A stretch of 62,217 nucleotides of DNA, the filler included. It is 5 parts of 5 records of this genome, joined end to end, with 100 filler letters (N's around TTAATTAATTAA, not from the genome) between each part and the next. Parts side by side here need not be neighbours in the genome. Positions count along the whole stretch, not along the records: positions 47,437 to 62,217 come from DRR723986_24436; 4 more parts are not named here. One strand, given 5' to 3'. The notes beneath the pieces were generated by a model. That model was not told where the DNA came from, searched no databases, and saw only the letters and a program-made list of their open reading frames with translations. Shown piece after piece: positions 49,947 through 59,920 of this stretch. Position numbers and translations under genes: made by a program. How positions within the stretch are numbered: position 1 is the first letter of the stretch; each line of letters begins with the position of its first letter.

Positions 49947-51065
49947 CTAAGCAGCTCGACGCGACTTCTCTGTAGCTGCGGCACCCAACAGCGAACGACG
50001 CTCCAAAACATCTTCATAGAGCCCAGTCAATCGTTCGCTCCATTGCTCGGGACTGAAGAACGAACTAGCTCGCTCCTTGGCAGACCGAGCATACTGTGCT
50101 CGCAGTTCGGGCGAGTGGTACAGTTCTCGGATTGCCTCAGCGAGTTGGATTGGATCTTTGCGTGCGACGACCAAACCGTCTTGCCGCTGGCGGACAGCTT
50201 CCTTCAATCCGCCCGCGTCGCTGACGACCATGCAGCGTTCGCAGTTCATCGCTTCTAACACCGCTCGACAAAGGGCTTCAGCACGGGATGGCATGACGAA
50301 GACTTGCATCAACTGCATCAATTGTCGTGCATCACCACGGAAGCCGGTTGCGTGCACTCGGCCCGCAATCGCCGGATCCCTGAGCAGCCGAGCAACGCGA
50401 CGATCGCGTACTTGTCCGACCAGCAGTAGCCTCAGGTCATCCAGATCGTCGAGGAACTTCATCGCTCGTAGAAGAATATCGATCCCTTTCACCGGTCGTA
50501 CCGAAGCGACGGAGCCGACTATGAATGCTTTTGAGGGAAAGCCAAATTGTTCGGTGTCCGCAGGAGGCGTAGCAGGAATCGCTGGCACGAAGTTGTAAAC
50601 CGTTCGGCACTTCTCGGGCGACACTCCCCCGGCGATCATTGCCTGCCGCACTGCCTCCGATTCACACGCATGTGCATCCACTCGGCGGTGCAAGTAGCTG
50701 ATCCAATTCGCAGGGTCGCCATACGTGGGGCGTGCCGTGATGCCGCGAAATGAAACAATTCGCGGTCGTTCTTTCATTCCGGCTGTTGCCAAAATCAAGT
50801 GCGCGAGCGGACGGCCCAAGAAAGCATGCACAAGATCGGGCTTCTCTGCCCCAATGGCACGCCGCATCTCACGAACCGACTGCAGCGAGACCTTTGCCCG
50901 CGAACCATCGTACTCGTAGGGAGTGCCCAAAGTTTTGCTCGCGTCAGTGTTACTCTGATCCAGCGCGGCAAACTCTGATGGAGGTGCCAACCAAGAAACT
51001 TGGTTACCTCGTTCGATCAGGTGTTGGGCAAGATTTGGGAGGTATTGCGACAGCATGATGCGCAT
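49947..51065 (-). CDS. Glycosyltransferase family 4
   Basis: RPVKG, PSRAEALCRAVLEAM and DAGGLKE motifs; GAGG RBS. Confidence 0.88.
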   Translation of the reverse strand: MRIMLSQYLPNLAQHLIERGNQVSWLAPPSEFAALDQSNTDASKTLGTPYEYDGSRAKVSLQSVREMRRAIGAEKPDLVHAFLGRPLAHLILATAGMKERPRIVSFRGITARPTYGDPANWISYLHRRVDAHACESEAVRQAMIAGGVSPEKCRTVYNFVPAIPATPPADTEQFGFPSKAFIVGSVASVRPVKGIDILLRAMKFLDDLDDLRLLLVGQVRDRRVARLLRDPAIAGRVHATGFRGDARQLMQLMQVFVMPSRAEALCRAVLEAMNCERCMVVSDAGGLKEAVRQRQDGLVVARKDPIQLAEAIRELYHSPELRAQYARSAKERASSFFSPEQWSERLTGLYEDVLERRSLLGAAATEKSRRAA

Positions 51066-51286
51066 CGCGGCATCCTCAGCTTGGGCGTGGTGCGTTGCCG
51101 AGCCGTCAAAGTGAATACGATTCGGCCAAGATTCCGCTCGAAGAGTACGGAAACTGCCACTCGACGACAAGGCGAATGCAAGCGTCAAACGCCATGCTAG
51201 AATCAGAGCCACCCGTCTCGGCCGCGAAGTGGACAACAAAACCGCCGTGCTGTGAATCACTACTTCTTGTATTTCTGAAAAGCCAG

Positions 51287-51994
51287 ATGCTCAAGACAAC
51301 TACCCTGACGATATTGTTGCTTACCATGGCTGCCCAAGTTAGCTATTCGCAAGTTCAGAATTCGAGCGTGCTTGCATTGGGCGATAGCTACACGATTGGC
51401 GAAGGCGTCGAAAAGGGCGAACGATGGCCAATGCAGTTGGTGAGTCTTCTGGCCGCCGAGGACAGTCTTCTGGCTGCCGAAGATACCGCGCTCGCTGAAC
51501 CGGACATCGTCGCGACATCAGGATGGACGACGGAAGAATTGCTGTCTGGTATTTCAGAAGCGGCACCGAAGGGCAACCGTGACATGGTGACGCTCTTGAT
51601 TGGCGTGAACAATCAATACCGCGGACAGAAGATTGATGTCTACCGTTCAGAGTTCGAGCAATTGTTACGGCGGGCGATACGTTTCGCAAACAACAACCCG
51701 CAACGTGTAATTGTGGTTTCAATCCCGGATTATGGCATCACTCCTTTTATCGAAAAGCGGCCAGAGCGTGAGCCGGCGAAGATAGCACGTGAGCTAGACG
51801 AATTTAACGCCGCGGCGAAAGAGATTGCGTCTCGCCACAACACCCATTGGGTCGACATAACGCCCATCAGCCGCCGTGTTGGCAGCAAGTCTGAGATGTT
51901 GGCACCCGACGGTCTCCACCCCAGCGGAAAGATGTACTCGCTATGGGCCAAAGAGATCTTCCCCATCGCCCGCAAAATTCTTGCCAAACGCTAA
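51287..51994 (+). CDS. SGNH/GDSL hydrolase
   Basis: LGDSYT, IGVNN and DGLHP motifs; signal peptide. Confidence 0.9.
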   Translation: MLKTTTLTILLLTMAAQVSYSQVQNSSVLALGDSYTIGEGVEKGERWPMQLVSLLAAEDSLLAAEDTALAEPDIVATSGWTTEELLSGISEAAPKGNRDMVTLLIGVNNQYRGQKIDVYRSEFEQLLRRAIRFANNNPQRVIVVSIPDYGITPFIEKRPEREPAKIARELDEFNAAAKEIASRHNTHWVDITPISRRVGSKSEMLAPDGLHPSGKMYSLWAKEIFPIARKILAKR

Positions 51995-52225
51995 CTCTAC
52001 ATTCTCATCACGGAACTGGTTCCCGAACGGGTCGCTCAAGATGGTGGCTGCGGGGCCACATGGGCTAGGCGAGAGGTTGCGAATCGCGATAATCTCGCCG
52101 AATTGTCAGGGGTTTGCAACGGTGCAGCCTGGCAAAGAGAAATAACGAGACTTTGCCCAATCTGAACGGTCGAATTCGAGGCCTGGCAGGTCCTGGACCC
52201 GGCTTGCTTTCACGAAGGAATTTTC

Positions 52226-53431
52226 ATGGATATGCACGAACTAACCCGCGACCTGCAAGCAAAAAACGACTCGAAAATTGTCATGCTCGTCGGCGATGGC
52301 CTTGGCGGTTTGCCAATGAAGCCAGGCGGAAAGACTGAGCTTGAAACTGCAAAGACACCCAACCTAGATGCACTCGCGACGGCTGGCGTCCAAGGGCTCA
52401 GCATTCCCGTGAAACCTGGAATTGCACCGGGGAGTGGCCCAGGGCACTTGGGGCTGTTCGGCTACGACCCATTGGCATACAAGATTGGACGCGGCGCACT
52501 GGAGGCCACTGGCATTGGTTTTCAGATGCAACCTGGCGATGTTGCGATTCGCTGTAATTTCTGCACGCTGGATGCTGATGGCAACATTTCAGATCGGCGT
52601 GCTGGACGGATCCCGACCGAAGAAAGCGCACCGATTGCGATTTCCCTTCGCGAGATCAAAATCCCTGGGGTCGAGATCTTCGTCGAACCAGTGAAGGAGC
52701 ATCGTTTTGTTGTTGTCTTCCGTGGTGAAGGCCTGGGCGGCAACGTGAAGGACACCGACCCGCAGGCGACTGGAGTGCCGCCGCTGGATCCTGTCGCTGC
52801 TGATGCAGACAGTGAGAAGACGGTAGAGGTTGCAAAAGAGTTCCTGCGACAGGCCCGCGAACTGTTGAAGGATCAGCCCAAGGCAAACTTTCACACGATG
52901 CGCGGTTTTGCGAGTCGACCTGACATGCCAAGCTACGAAGAAGTCTACGGTCTTCGAGCCGCCGCGATCGCGGTTTACCCAATGTACAAAGGTCTAGCCA
53001 GCCTTGTCGGCATGGATATCGTCGGAGAAGCGAGCACGCTCGAAGAACAAATGGAAGTGCTCAAGGAGAATTGGGATAAGTACGATTTCTTCTTCATTCA
53101 CTTCAAGTACACCGATTCCACGGGCGAAGACGGCAACTTTGAGTCCAAGGTCGAGCGAACCGAGCAGCTCGATTCTTGCATTCCCGCGATCCAAGCTCTT
53201 GGGCCAGAAGTCATCATTGTGACGGGCGACCACTCGACGCCTGCCTACTTGAAGAGCCACTCGTGGCATCCAGTGCCAACTCTGCTAGTATCCGACTGCT
53301 GCCGCCCTGATCCTCACACCAGCTTTGGTGAAACAGAAGCGATCACCGGAGGTCTTGGGCAGTTTGAGGCTCAGTACTTGATGCTACTGGCGATGTCCAA
53401 CGCGGGACGTCTGGGCAAATACGGGGCATAG
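52226..53431 (+). CDS. apgM: 2,3-BPG-independent phosphoglycerate mutase (archaeal type)
   Basis: DGLG, TPNLD, PGSGPGHL, GRGALEA and TGDHSTP motifs. Confidence 0.9.
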   Translation: MDMHELTRDLQAKNDSKIVMLVGDGLGGLPMKPGGKTELETAKTPNLDALATAGVQGLSIPVKPGIAPGSGPGHLGLFGYDPLAYKIGRGALEATGIGFQMQPGDVAIRCNFCTLDADGNISDRRAGRIPTEESAPIAISLREIKIPGVEIFVEPVKEHRFVVVFRGEGLGGNVKDTDPQATGVPPLDPVAADADSEKTVEVAKEFLRQARELLKDQPKANFHTMRGFASRPDMPSYEEVYGLRAAAIAVYPMYKGLASLVGMDIVGEASTLEEQMEVLKENWDKYDFFFIHFKYTDSTGEDGNFESKVERTEQLDSCIPAIQALGPEVIIVTGDHSTPAYLKSHSWHPVPTLLVSDCCRPDPHTSFGETEAITGGLGQFEAQYLMLLAMSNAGRLGKYGA

Positions 53432-53446
53432 AGGCAGGCGTTACAC

Positions 53447-53502
53447 GCGGCTTCATGCAAGCGGCTGCAAGCAAGCGGCTTTCATGCAAGCGGCTGCAAG
53501 CG
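53447..53502. repeat. Imperfect tandem duplication between convergent genes
   Basis: GCGGCT(T)TCATGCAAGCGGCTGCAAGC twice. Confidence 0.7.
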
Positions 53503-54165
53503 CTATAATTCTTGAATCGCCTTTTCAAGTCGTCGCACTTGGGCACGTACAGGCTCCAGGTCTGGATAAACCTCAAGTGCGCGACGGAACCAGAACAACG
53601 CTTCTAACAGATCGCCAAGTTCCAGGTGGCAGTGCCCAAGGCCTACCATGGCGGCATAGTGGTAAGAGTTGATTTTGAGAGCTTGGCGGCAATCGTCAAT
53701 GGCCAGCTCAATTGAGTCCAGATGAAAGAATGCTAGCGAGCGTTGGTGGTAGCATTCCGCAATTCGCCCCGATGAATTCATCAGTTCGCTCGACATCTCC
53801 ACGACTCGCTCAAAGTCGCCACACTCGTTTGCACGAATGATCTGCTCAAGCTTCTGGCGATGGGCCGCAGTGCCGCACCGCGAACCGATGGCTCGGATCG
53901 CGTCGTCGACCACAAGGCGTAGTTTGCGATCAGAACTGCATAGCAACGGACCTAACGCATTGATGCAACCTGCATCGCCAAGCAGCCCGATGGCCAGTGC
54001 TGCAGCCCGCCGGGCATTCACGTCACCGCAGGTGAGCAATCGTTCCAAAGTGGCCAGCGAATAACGGCTGGCGACCTGAGAAATGAACCGAGCGGTATCC
54101 GCATCGCTCAAGTACTGCTGGTAGTATCGCAGCAGAATCGAATTTCGCTCAGTCTTCGGGTTCAA
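53503..54165 (-). CDS. HEAT-repeat plus TPR protein
   Basis: ARRAAALAIGLLG HEAT pattern and C-terminal TPRs; start uncertain. Confidence 0.8.
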   Translation of the reverse strand: MNPKTERNSILLRYYQQYLSDADTARFISQVASRYSLATLERLLTCGDVNARRAAALAIGLLGDAGCINALGPLLCSSDRKLRLVVDDAIRAIGSRCGTAAHRQKLEQIIRANECGDFERVVEMSSELMNSSGRIAECYHQRSLAFFHLDSIELAIDDCRQALKINSYHYAAMVGLGHCHLELGDLLEALFWFRRALEVYPDLEPVRAQVRRLEKAIQEL

Positions 54166-54593
54166 CGCAACTACCCCTGTACAAACAATCCAGTCAAAAG
54201 CACGGCCCCGTCGCTGCATATCCACTATGGGACAAGGCATCCGCAAGAAGGATTGCCGCGACGAATCGCAGTATAATCAGAGGGCTCGACTAGGCAATTT
54301 CCCCGGCTCGACGAGGGGCTTCATTCTCAGCAAGATCGATTGAATAGCGGATGCGCCGATTGCGCAGTCTGCCTATTTGATCAATCGAGTTGAGATGTGA
54401 ATTGACTTTCCGGCCTCTGGAGATTAGGCCGGTCTCTCACACAGCGCGGGATGCGAAAGATCGCTGGTTGAACTCGCCGAACCAGCTTCCGAGGATTGAT
54501 AGAATACAGCCACGATACCAGCGTCTGGTTAATTCAAAGATGTGTCCACTTGGCTATTCATTCATCCTCTACATTTGTGCGAAAACTCAACTG

Positions 54594-55862
54594 ATGCACT
54601 TAAACTTTATAGCCCGCTTGGGACACTTCCCTACCTTGTGCGTCAGTCGTGCAACCAAGGCCGTAGGATTGCCTCGCGGAAAGCTGACGCTAGAGAGCTT
54701 CGCGCTATTGAGTATTCAGCTCGGCATCATCCTGTGCTCGACTTCTTCGTATGTCGTAGCCGCGCAAATTGCCGATCAGGGAACTTCGTCGGGGCGGAGC
54801 TCGCAGAGTGCGACTTTCCAGCTTCCGCCTGACAATGTACTGACGCTGCCGTCAAGCATAGCTGCGGAACGACGGCTGAAGCGTCCTGTCAGCTACCGTG
54901 CAACCAATTTGGAATTGCGTGAAGTGCTTGCTAGCTTTGCCCAAGCGCATCGGCTTTCGATCTGGATCGACCGACGCATTGATCCGACAACCAAAGTGAA
55001 CTTGCGGATCCCCAAACCCATTACGCTGGAAGAAATGCTGCAGAAGATTGCAACTGTGTCGCAGTGCGAATTCGGTTTGGTCGAAAACATTTGTTATTTC
55101 GGTCCACGAAAGGAAGTAGCTCGGGTTCAACTTGCTAACTTGCAATTACACCAGCAACTTGAAGCTGCCGTTGGAAAGCAAGCAGCTTCTCGGCCGCGAT
55201 CGGTAAGCTGGCAAGAGTTGTCCCGGCCAGCCGACATCGCCGCGAGTTTTTCCCAGGCCGTTGGTCTAGAGATTAGTGACAAGCTGCCGCACGACCTGTT
55301 GCACGCTGGCGAGTTTGCGTCTGGCTGCACGGCGTCCACAGTACTCACGCTTGTTGCCGGAGGCTTTGGTAAACGATATCGACTCGACGGCAACGTTTTA
55401 CGATTAAGCGAATTGCCACCAGGTGGCACCTGGTCAACGACCTACCCGGCGGGCAACCTTAGTCAGCGCGTCGTTGACCGGATCGCAGCAACTAGCGGAA
55501 ACGTAGCCAAAACAACAAATGGTTGGCAAGTTCAAGGAGTGACGAAACTTCATCGAGAGATACTGCATTCTAATCTGCGAGCCCCAGTGAGACGGCCCGG
55601 ACGCGAAGCTATTTCCACGGCACGCATGAGTGGTGACATTTCTGGAACAGTGGAGAACATTGCGATGCAGCTATGCGAAGCAGCTTCTCTGCAGCTTCGG
55701 TGGGACGGCAGTGTTACAGGACGAAAACGTGGTGCACTGGTCCGGTTTCGCGTTGAAAACAAGACATACCGTGAGATTCTCGCAGCCTTAGCGGAAGAAG
55801 CCGACCTGGAACTCAGCATCGACCCCGACGCGGCCATCGCCCAATTCTCCGCGCCGAACTAG
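54594..55862 (+). CDS. Hypothetical exported protein with STN-like segments
   Basis: Long ORF; LREVLASFAQAHRLSIWIDRRIDP segment; start uncertain. Confidence 0.6.
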   Translation: MHLNFIARLGHFPTLCVSRATKAVGLPRGKLTLESFALLSIQLGIILCSTSSYVVAAQIADQGTSSGRSSQSATFQLPPDNVLTLPSSIAAERRLKRPVSYRATNLELREVLASFAQAHRLSIWIDRRIDPTTKVNLRIPKPITLEEMLQKIATVSQCEFGLVENICYFGPRKEVARVQLANLQLHQQLEAAVGKQAASRPRSVSWQELSRPADIAASFSQAVGLEISDKLPHDLLHAGEFASGCTASTVLTLVAGGFGKRYRLDGNVLRLSELPPGGTWSTTYPAGNLSQRVVDRIAATSGNVAKTTNGWQVQGVTKLHREILHSNLRAPVRRPGREAISTARMSGDISGTVENIAMQLCEAASLQLRWDGSVTGRKRGALVRFRVENKTYREILAALAEEADLELSIDPDAAIAQFSAPN

Positions 55863-56229
55863 TCAACAGTTGGCACTCTCGAATCCGAAACATACGCATG
55901 CATTCCAAGTACCAGCGGATATCCGTAGTGGATGTTTGATTGGAAGACTGCCGAGCGAATTGTCAAAATGAGTGCGCGTCTTCTGCGGTAAATCGCAGGC
56001 GTTTGACGTTTCCTTTTCGTTTGCTGTCGCTTTTATGCCGGGCGTGAAGAAGACGGTTTTCTGCGCAAAAACAAGTTTTGGCGTGGGCTCGCCAAATAGG
56101 GCTGCCAACGTGAATGGTTGCTTGACAACCAGAATCTGGGGGGCAGGGTTGCAGGCCTGCAGCGGTACAGGCGGAGGCCTTTACGAGCATCCAATCCCCG
56201 CGAGATCACGAGAAATAGGAGAATAAACT

Positions 56230-56604
56230 GTGCGAGTCTTGATGGTCGAGGATTGCAAAATTTTACGTCGGCTGATGCTGCGCAACCTGGCATTGATAGG
56301 CGTCACCGAAGTAACTGAGGCAGAGAATGGCCAAGACGGCTGGAAGAAGTTTACCGAGGACAATTTCGATCTCGTGCTCACGGACTGGAATATGCCAGGC
56401 ACGTGCGGGATGAGTCTGCTTGAGTCGATTCGCAACAGCGGTTCAAAGACTCCAGTGGTCATGATAACAACCGAAGACAACAAAAAGAAAGTTCGCGAAG
56501 CGGCCAAAGCAGGCATCTCGGAATACCTTTGCAAGCCATTCAGTCAGGAAGCGTTCTGGGAGACGGTCGATAAGTTTCTTGCGACTGATGGGCATTTCGT
56601 ATAA
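56230..56604 (+). CDS. Single-domain CheY-like response regulator
   Basis: VED, TDWNMP, MITTE and KPF motifs; AGGAG RBS. Confidence 0.9.
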   Translation: MRVLMVEDCKILRRLMLRNLALIGVTEVTEAENGQDGWKKFTEDNFDLVLTDWNMPGTCGMSLLESIRNSGSKTPVVMITTEDNKKKVREAAKAGISEYLCKPFSQEAFWETVDKFLATDGHFV

Positions 56605-56633
56605 CCGTCAGCCGACCGAAACCAACTGGATCT

Positions 56634-57977
56634 TTAGGCGTCCAGCAGCGATTTGACCGCTTCCCCATCACTCCAGCGAAGTGGGCGACCAATGGGCGTT
56701 AGCTGCTCCTCGCTGTAGTCAACACCCAGGGCATCAAGCAGGGTGGCGTGCAGGTCCGGCACAGAGATTTCGTCGGACACGAAGTGCTTACGATCTTCTT
56801 TCCCAGGTTCCTTCAAACGCTCTGGATCGATGCTGGCCGCCGTCTCCCCGTGCACGTGGCCTTTGCGGAATTTCCCGCCAGCGAGCAATGAACTGAATCC
56901 GTGAGGCCAATGGTCGCGCCCGGCGGCCGCGTTGATTCGAGGCGTCCTGCCAAACTCTCCACCGCAGAAGACAACCGTGTCATCCAGCATGCCGCGATCG
57001 GTCAACTCTCGGAGCGTTGCCGCGAGTGCTGTATCAAGTACACCGGCGTTCTCGTACTGGTTGTCATGGTTGTTGACGTGGGAGTCCCAACCGGAAAGCT
57101 CCACTTCCACGCAACGCACGCCAGTCTGGAGGAGCCGAATTGCCGCCAGCAGCCCGCGTCCAAACTCATTGTTTCCGAACGAGTCACGTTTCGACTGCGA
57201 TTCCTTCGAAATGTCGAACGCTTCAAGCTGATCGCTGCTCATCATCCTGGCCGCCTTCTCGGTGGCGGTCTGATGCAACGTTCGCTGGTTATCCATGTCC
57301 TTCAAACGGCCCCGCTGAAATTCTGCTTCGACTGCAGCCAAGAGCGGGCCCATTCGTTGCTGCATCCTTGGCTCATCAACGCGAGCGGTCAGGTTTGGAA
57401 TGGGCTTCTCGGGATCTCCAATTTGAAACGCGTCCAGCTTGGGCCCCAGGTATCCACCTCGGGCAGGCCACTGGCTGGGGCTAATGGAAACATGCCGAGG
57501 AATCTCAATGTTATCCGGGCTCTTGTGAGCAACAATTGCCCCCAGAGCCGGATGCACAAGTGTTGGATCGGGACGCCATCCAGTCTTTAGGTGATAGGTG
57601 GCCCGTTCATGGTCGCCTTCTTTGCTTACTACCGATCGCACCAGAGTGGTTTGATGCATCCACTCGGCCGTGGCGGGCATCGAATCAGCGATGGAAAGGC
57701 CCTTCAGTGACGTCACAATGCTCTTGGCGTCGCCGCCGATCTTTGATCCCGGATGTGGATCGAACGTTTCAAGCTGGCTCGGAGCCCCTTGCAGCCAAAT
57801 CATCAGCAGACTTTTTGGTGACGCTCCTTTGTCACGCTGCTCAGCTCTGGCAAGCTGCTCTGCGAAAGGCGTCAACCAACCGGTAGCAATTGCACCAGCC
57901 CCGCACGACTGCAAGAATCGGCGGCGACGCAATCGGTTGTATCCAGCACAACCAGCTCTTTCCATTTCGATATTCAT
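56634..57977 (-). CDS. DUF1501 family protein with Tat-like signal
   Basis: RRRFL, GAPSQLETFDP, WDSH and GEFGRTP..GRDHWP motifs. Confidence 0.9.
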   Translation of the reverse strand: MNIEMERAGCAGYNRLRRRRFLQSCGAGAIATGWLTPFAEQLARAEQRDKGASPKSLLMIWLQGAPSQLETFDPHPGSKIGGDAKSIVTSLKGLSIADSMPATAEWMHQTTLVRSVVSKEGDHERATYHLKTGWRPDPTLVHPALGAIVAHKSPDNIEIPRHVSISPSQWPARGGYLGPKLDAFQIGDPEKPIPNLTARVDEPRMQQRMGPLLAAVEAEFQRGRLKDMDNQRTLHQTATEKAARMMSSDQLEAFDISKESQSKRDSFGNNEFGRGLLAAIRLLQTGVRCVEVELSGWDSHVNNHDNQYENAGVLDTALAATLRELTDRGMLDDTVVFCGGEFGRTPRINAAAGRDHWPHGFSSLLAGGKFRKGHVHGETAASIDPERLKEPGKEDRKHFVSDEISVPDLHATLLDALGVDYSEEQLTPIGRPLRWSDGEAVKSLLDA

Positions 57978-58000
57978 TCGAAGGGCCTCTGATTGAAAAG

Positions 58001-59689
58001 CTAGTGGTTCCATGAGAACTCGGTTGAATTGATCATCGCCCAAAATATGTCGCTCATCGCTCTTGATCGACCATTGCCTCGTTTTCCGGCAAGGTGTTCG
58101 ACGTAGACGGCTTTCTCGTTCGCACTTGGGGCTCGATTCAGCACGGTTAAAAAGGCCACTTCTACCGCCTGCTCGTCGCCAGAAACCAACGCGGCAATGC
58201 GACTTGCAGCGTTGCTCACCAGATCGTTCTTCGTGCGTTCAGCTACAAGATTCCCATTCATCAGAACGAGTCGCTGGGAGATCGTCACGGCTTCGCTATC
58301 GAACTCGTCCTCGCCGCGATCGCCAAATCGACGCAAGAAGTCCTGTGATTCACCAAACTTGCGAAGCTGGGCGATGATTGAGCTGCCGTCGTCGATGGCG
58401 GTCAACTGACAAGCTTGGGAAATGCTGGCTGAAACTTGATCGGGACGCATCTGTGTGATCGGAAAAACCGCCCAAGCCAGCTCGTGCTCGTCAGTCACGT
58501 CGAACTCGGCTCGGCTATCGCGTTGAAATGCGTCCGACTGGACAATCAATCGAATCAAGCGTTTGATGTCGAATTGGTTCGCTGAAAAGTCTTTTGCCAG
58601 CGTATCCAAGGCTGCCGGCACTGGCTCATAGAGCGGGATATTGTCAACCGGATCAACCAGTGGCCGCGCGAGAATGAGCGCCCAAACACGGTTGACTGTC
58701 GCTCGCGCAAAAGCCAAGTTGTCTTCGTGCGTGACCCACTTTGCAAGACGCTCACGCGGTTTTCCAGATGCAGTAAAAAGTTCACGAGCAAACGGCACTT
58801 CGGCTTCGACGGTAACTTCTTCGTCAGCTCCCAAGAATTGAAACTGGTAGGGTTGTTCGTCTTCGATCAAGCCGCGAAAAATTGCTTCAGGTAGGGCGGT
58901 GCCGGAAAAGAAAGCGGCCAGGGAGTGGAAGTGCTCCTGGGAACCCGGCTCGATATCAGCTTCTTCCCCAAGTTCGAGTGTCCCGAGAAAATCGTCATGA
59001 CACTGAACACAATCAATCCGCTGAGCCAAGAACGCACGGGAGACACGGCCCGCAAGCCGAATTGGGTCAGCCCGACCATCATTCGCCTCATCCATTGTTG
59101 CCGTGATGAAGTTCACCTGCGGAGTGTCCGTCCAGAGCCCTTCGGCGCTGAGCATATCGGATACGATTTCGTCATAAGGTCGCGAAGCAGCAAATTGTTC
59201 ACTAAGCCAAGCGTTAAACTTTCGTCGCCGGAAAAGTAGAAATGGTCCGTCGTTGGTCCCAACGTAAGCCCGCGCAAAACGTTCGGCGAAGTAGTCTGCC
59301 CACCGCTGCTCGTTCAAGAGATATTCGGTCATCCATCGCAACTGTCGCTCTTGCCGGACGTTGGAAAGAGCACGAACCTCCTCGAGCGAAAGGCCGCTGC
59401 CGACCAAAGCCAACGAGACGCGCCGAGCTAGAGTCAGCGTGTCGGCTGGCGGAGCCGTATCGAGTCCCGCGTCGTCAGCCATCGACTGCAAATCTCGGTT
59501 GAGCTGTGCCAATGTCTGCTCAAAACCGGCATCTTGGTAGCCCGAAACGACTCCCTGCGGTGGTTCAACAGCCGGCCGCCTGCGTAGCGTTCCGGCAATG
59601 ACACTGGCTGCCGCGATGATTACCGCTCCACAGACAAACGTCTTACCGGCCAGACGCCACCCACGGTTTTGTTGATTCGGACTAACCAT
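58001..59689 (-). CDS. DUF1549/DUF1553 (PSD) domain protein
   Basis: RRVSLALVG, CVQCHD, FARATVNRVW and C-terminal WAMINSTEFSWNH motifs. Confidence 0.88.
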   Translation of the reverse strand: MVSPNQQNRGWRLAGKTFVCGAVIIAAASVIAGTLRRRPAVEPPQGVVSGYQDAGFEQTLAQLNRDLQSMADDAGLDTAPPADTLTLARRVSLALVGSGLSLEEVRALSNVRQERQLRWMTEYLLNEQRWADYFAERFARAYVGTNDGPFLLFRRRKFNAWLSEQFAASRPYDEIVSDMLSAEGLWTDTPQVNFITATMDEANDGRADPIRLAGRVSRAFLAQRIDCVQCHDDFLGTLELGEEADIEPGSQEHFHSLAAFFSGTALPEAIFRGLIEDEQPYQFQFLGADEEVTVEAEVPFARELFTASGKPRERLAKWVTHEDNLAFARATVNRVWALILARPLVDPVDNIPLYEPVPAALDTLAKDFSANQFDIKRLIRLIVQSDAFQRDSRAEFDVTDEHELAWAVFPITQMRPDQVSASISQACQLTAIDDGSSIIAQLRKFGESQDFLRRFGDRGEDEFDSEAVTISQRLVLMNGNLVAERTKNDLVSNAASRIAALVSGDEQAVEVAFLTVLNRAPSANEKAVYVEHLAGKRGNGRSRAMSDIFWAMINSTEFSWNH

Positions 59690-59920
59690 TGGGCAAATCA
59701 AATGAGAGGAAAATAGTTACCAAGGCATGCACGGCTGGTGGCAATTCTGATTCCCTGCCAAGTCATCATGTAACGTTTCGCTGCTTTCGCCAGTATATTG
59801 GACAAGAAAGCTTGTCGGTCGCACGAATACAGTGAAAAGCCGCTTTCAAGGATTTCTACGTGCGTGCTGTGGCGATCGTTACAAACTAGAGTCTCAAATT
59901 CTCACCAGCCGGAGTTGCCT

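Noticed and set aside
51443-51484. 21-bp in-frame duplication (SLLAAED twice) in the SGNH hydrolase
   Set aside because: Small local duplication away from the catalytic motifs, with no evidence of function.
56634-59689. DUF1549/DUF1553 plus DUF1501 pair as a new system
   Set aside because: Uncharacterised, but a well-known and highly expanded gene pair in Planctomycetota; nothing distinctive here.
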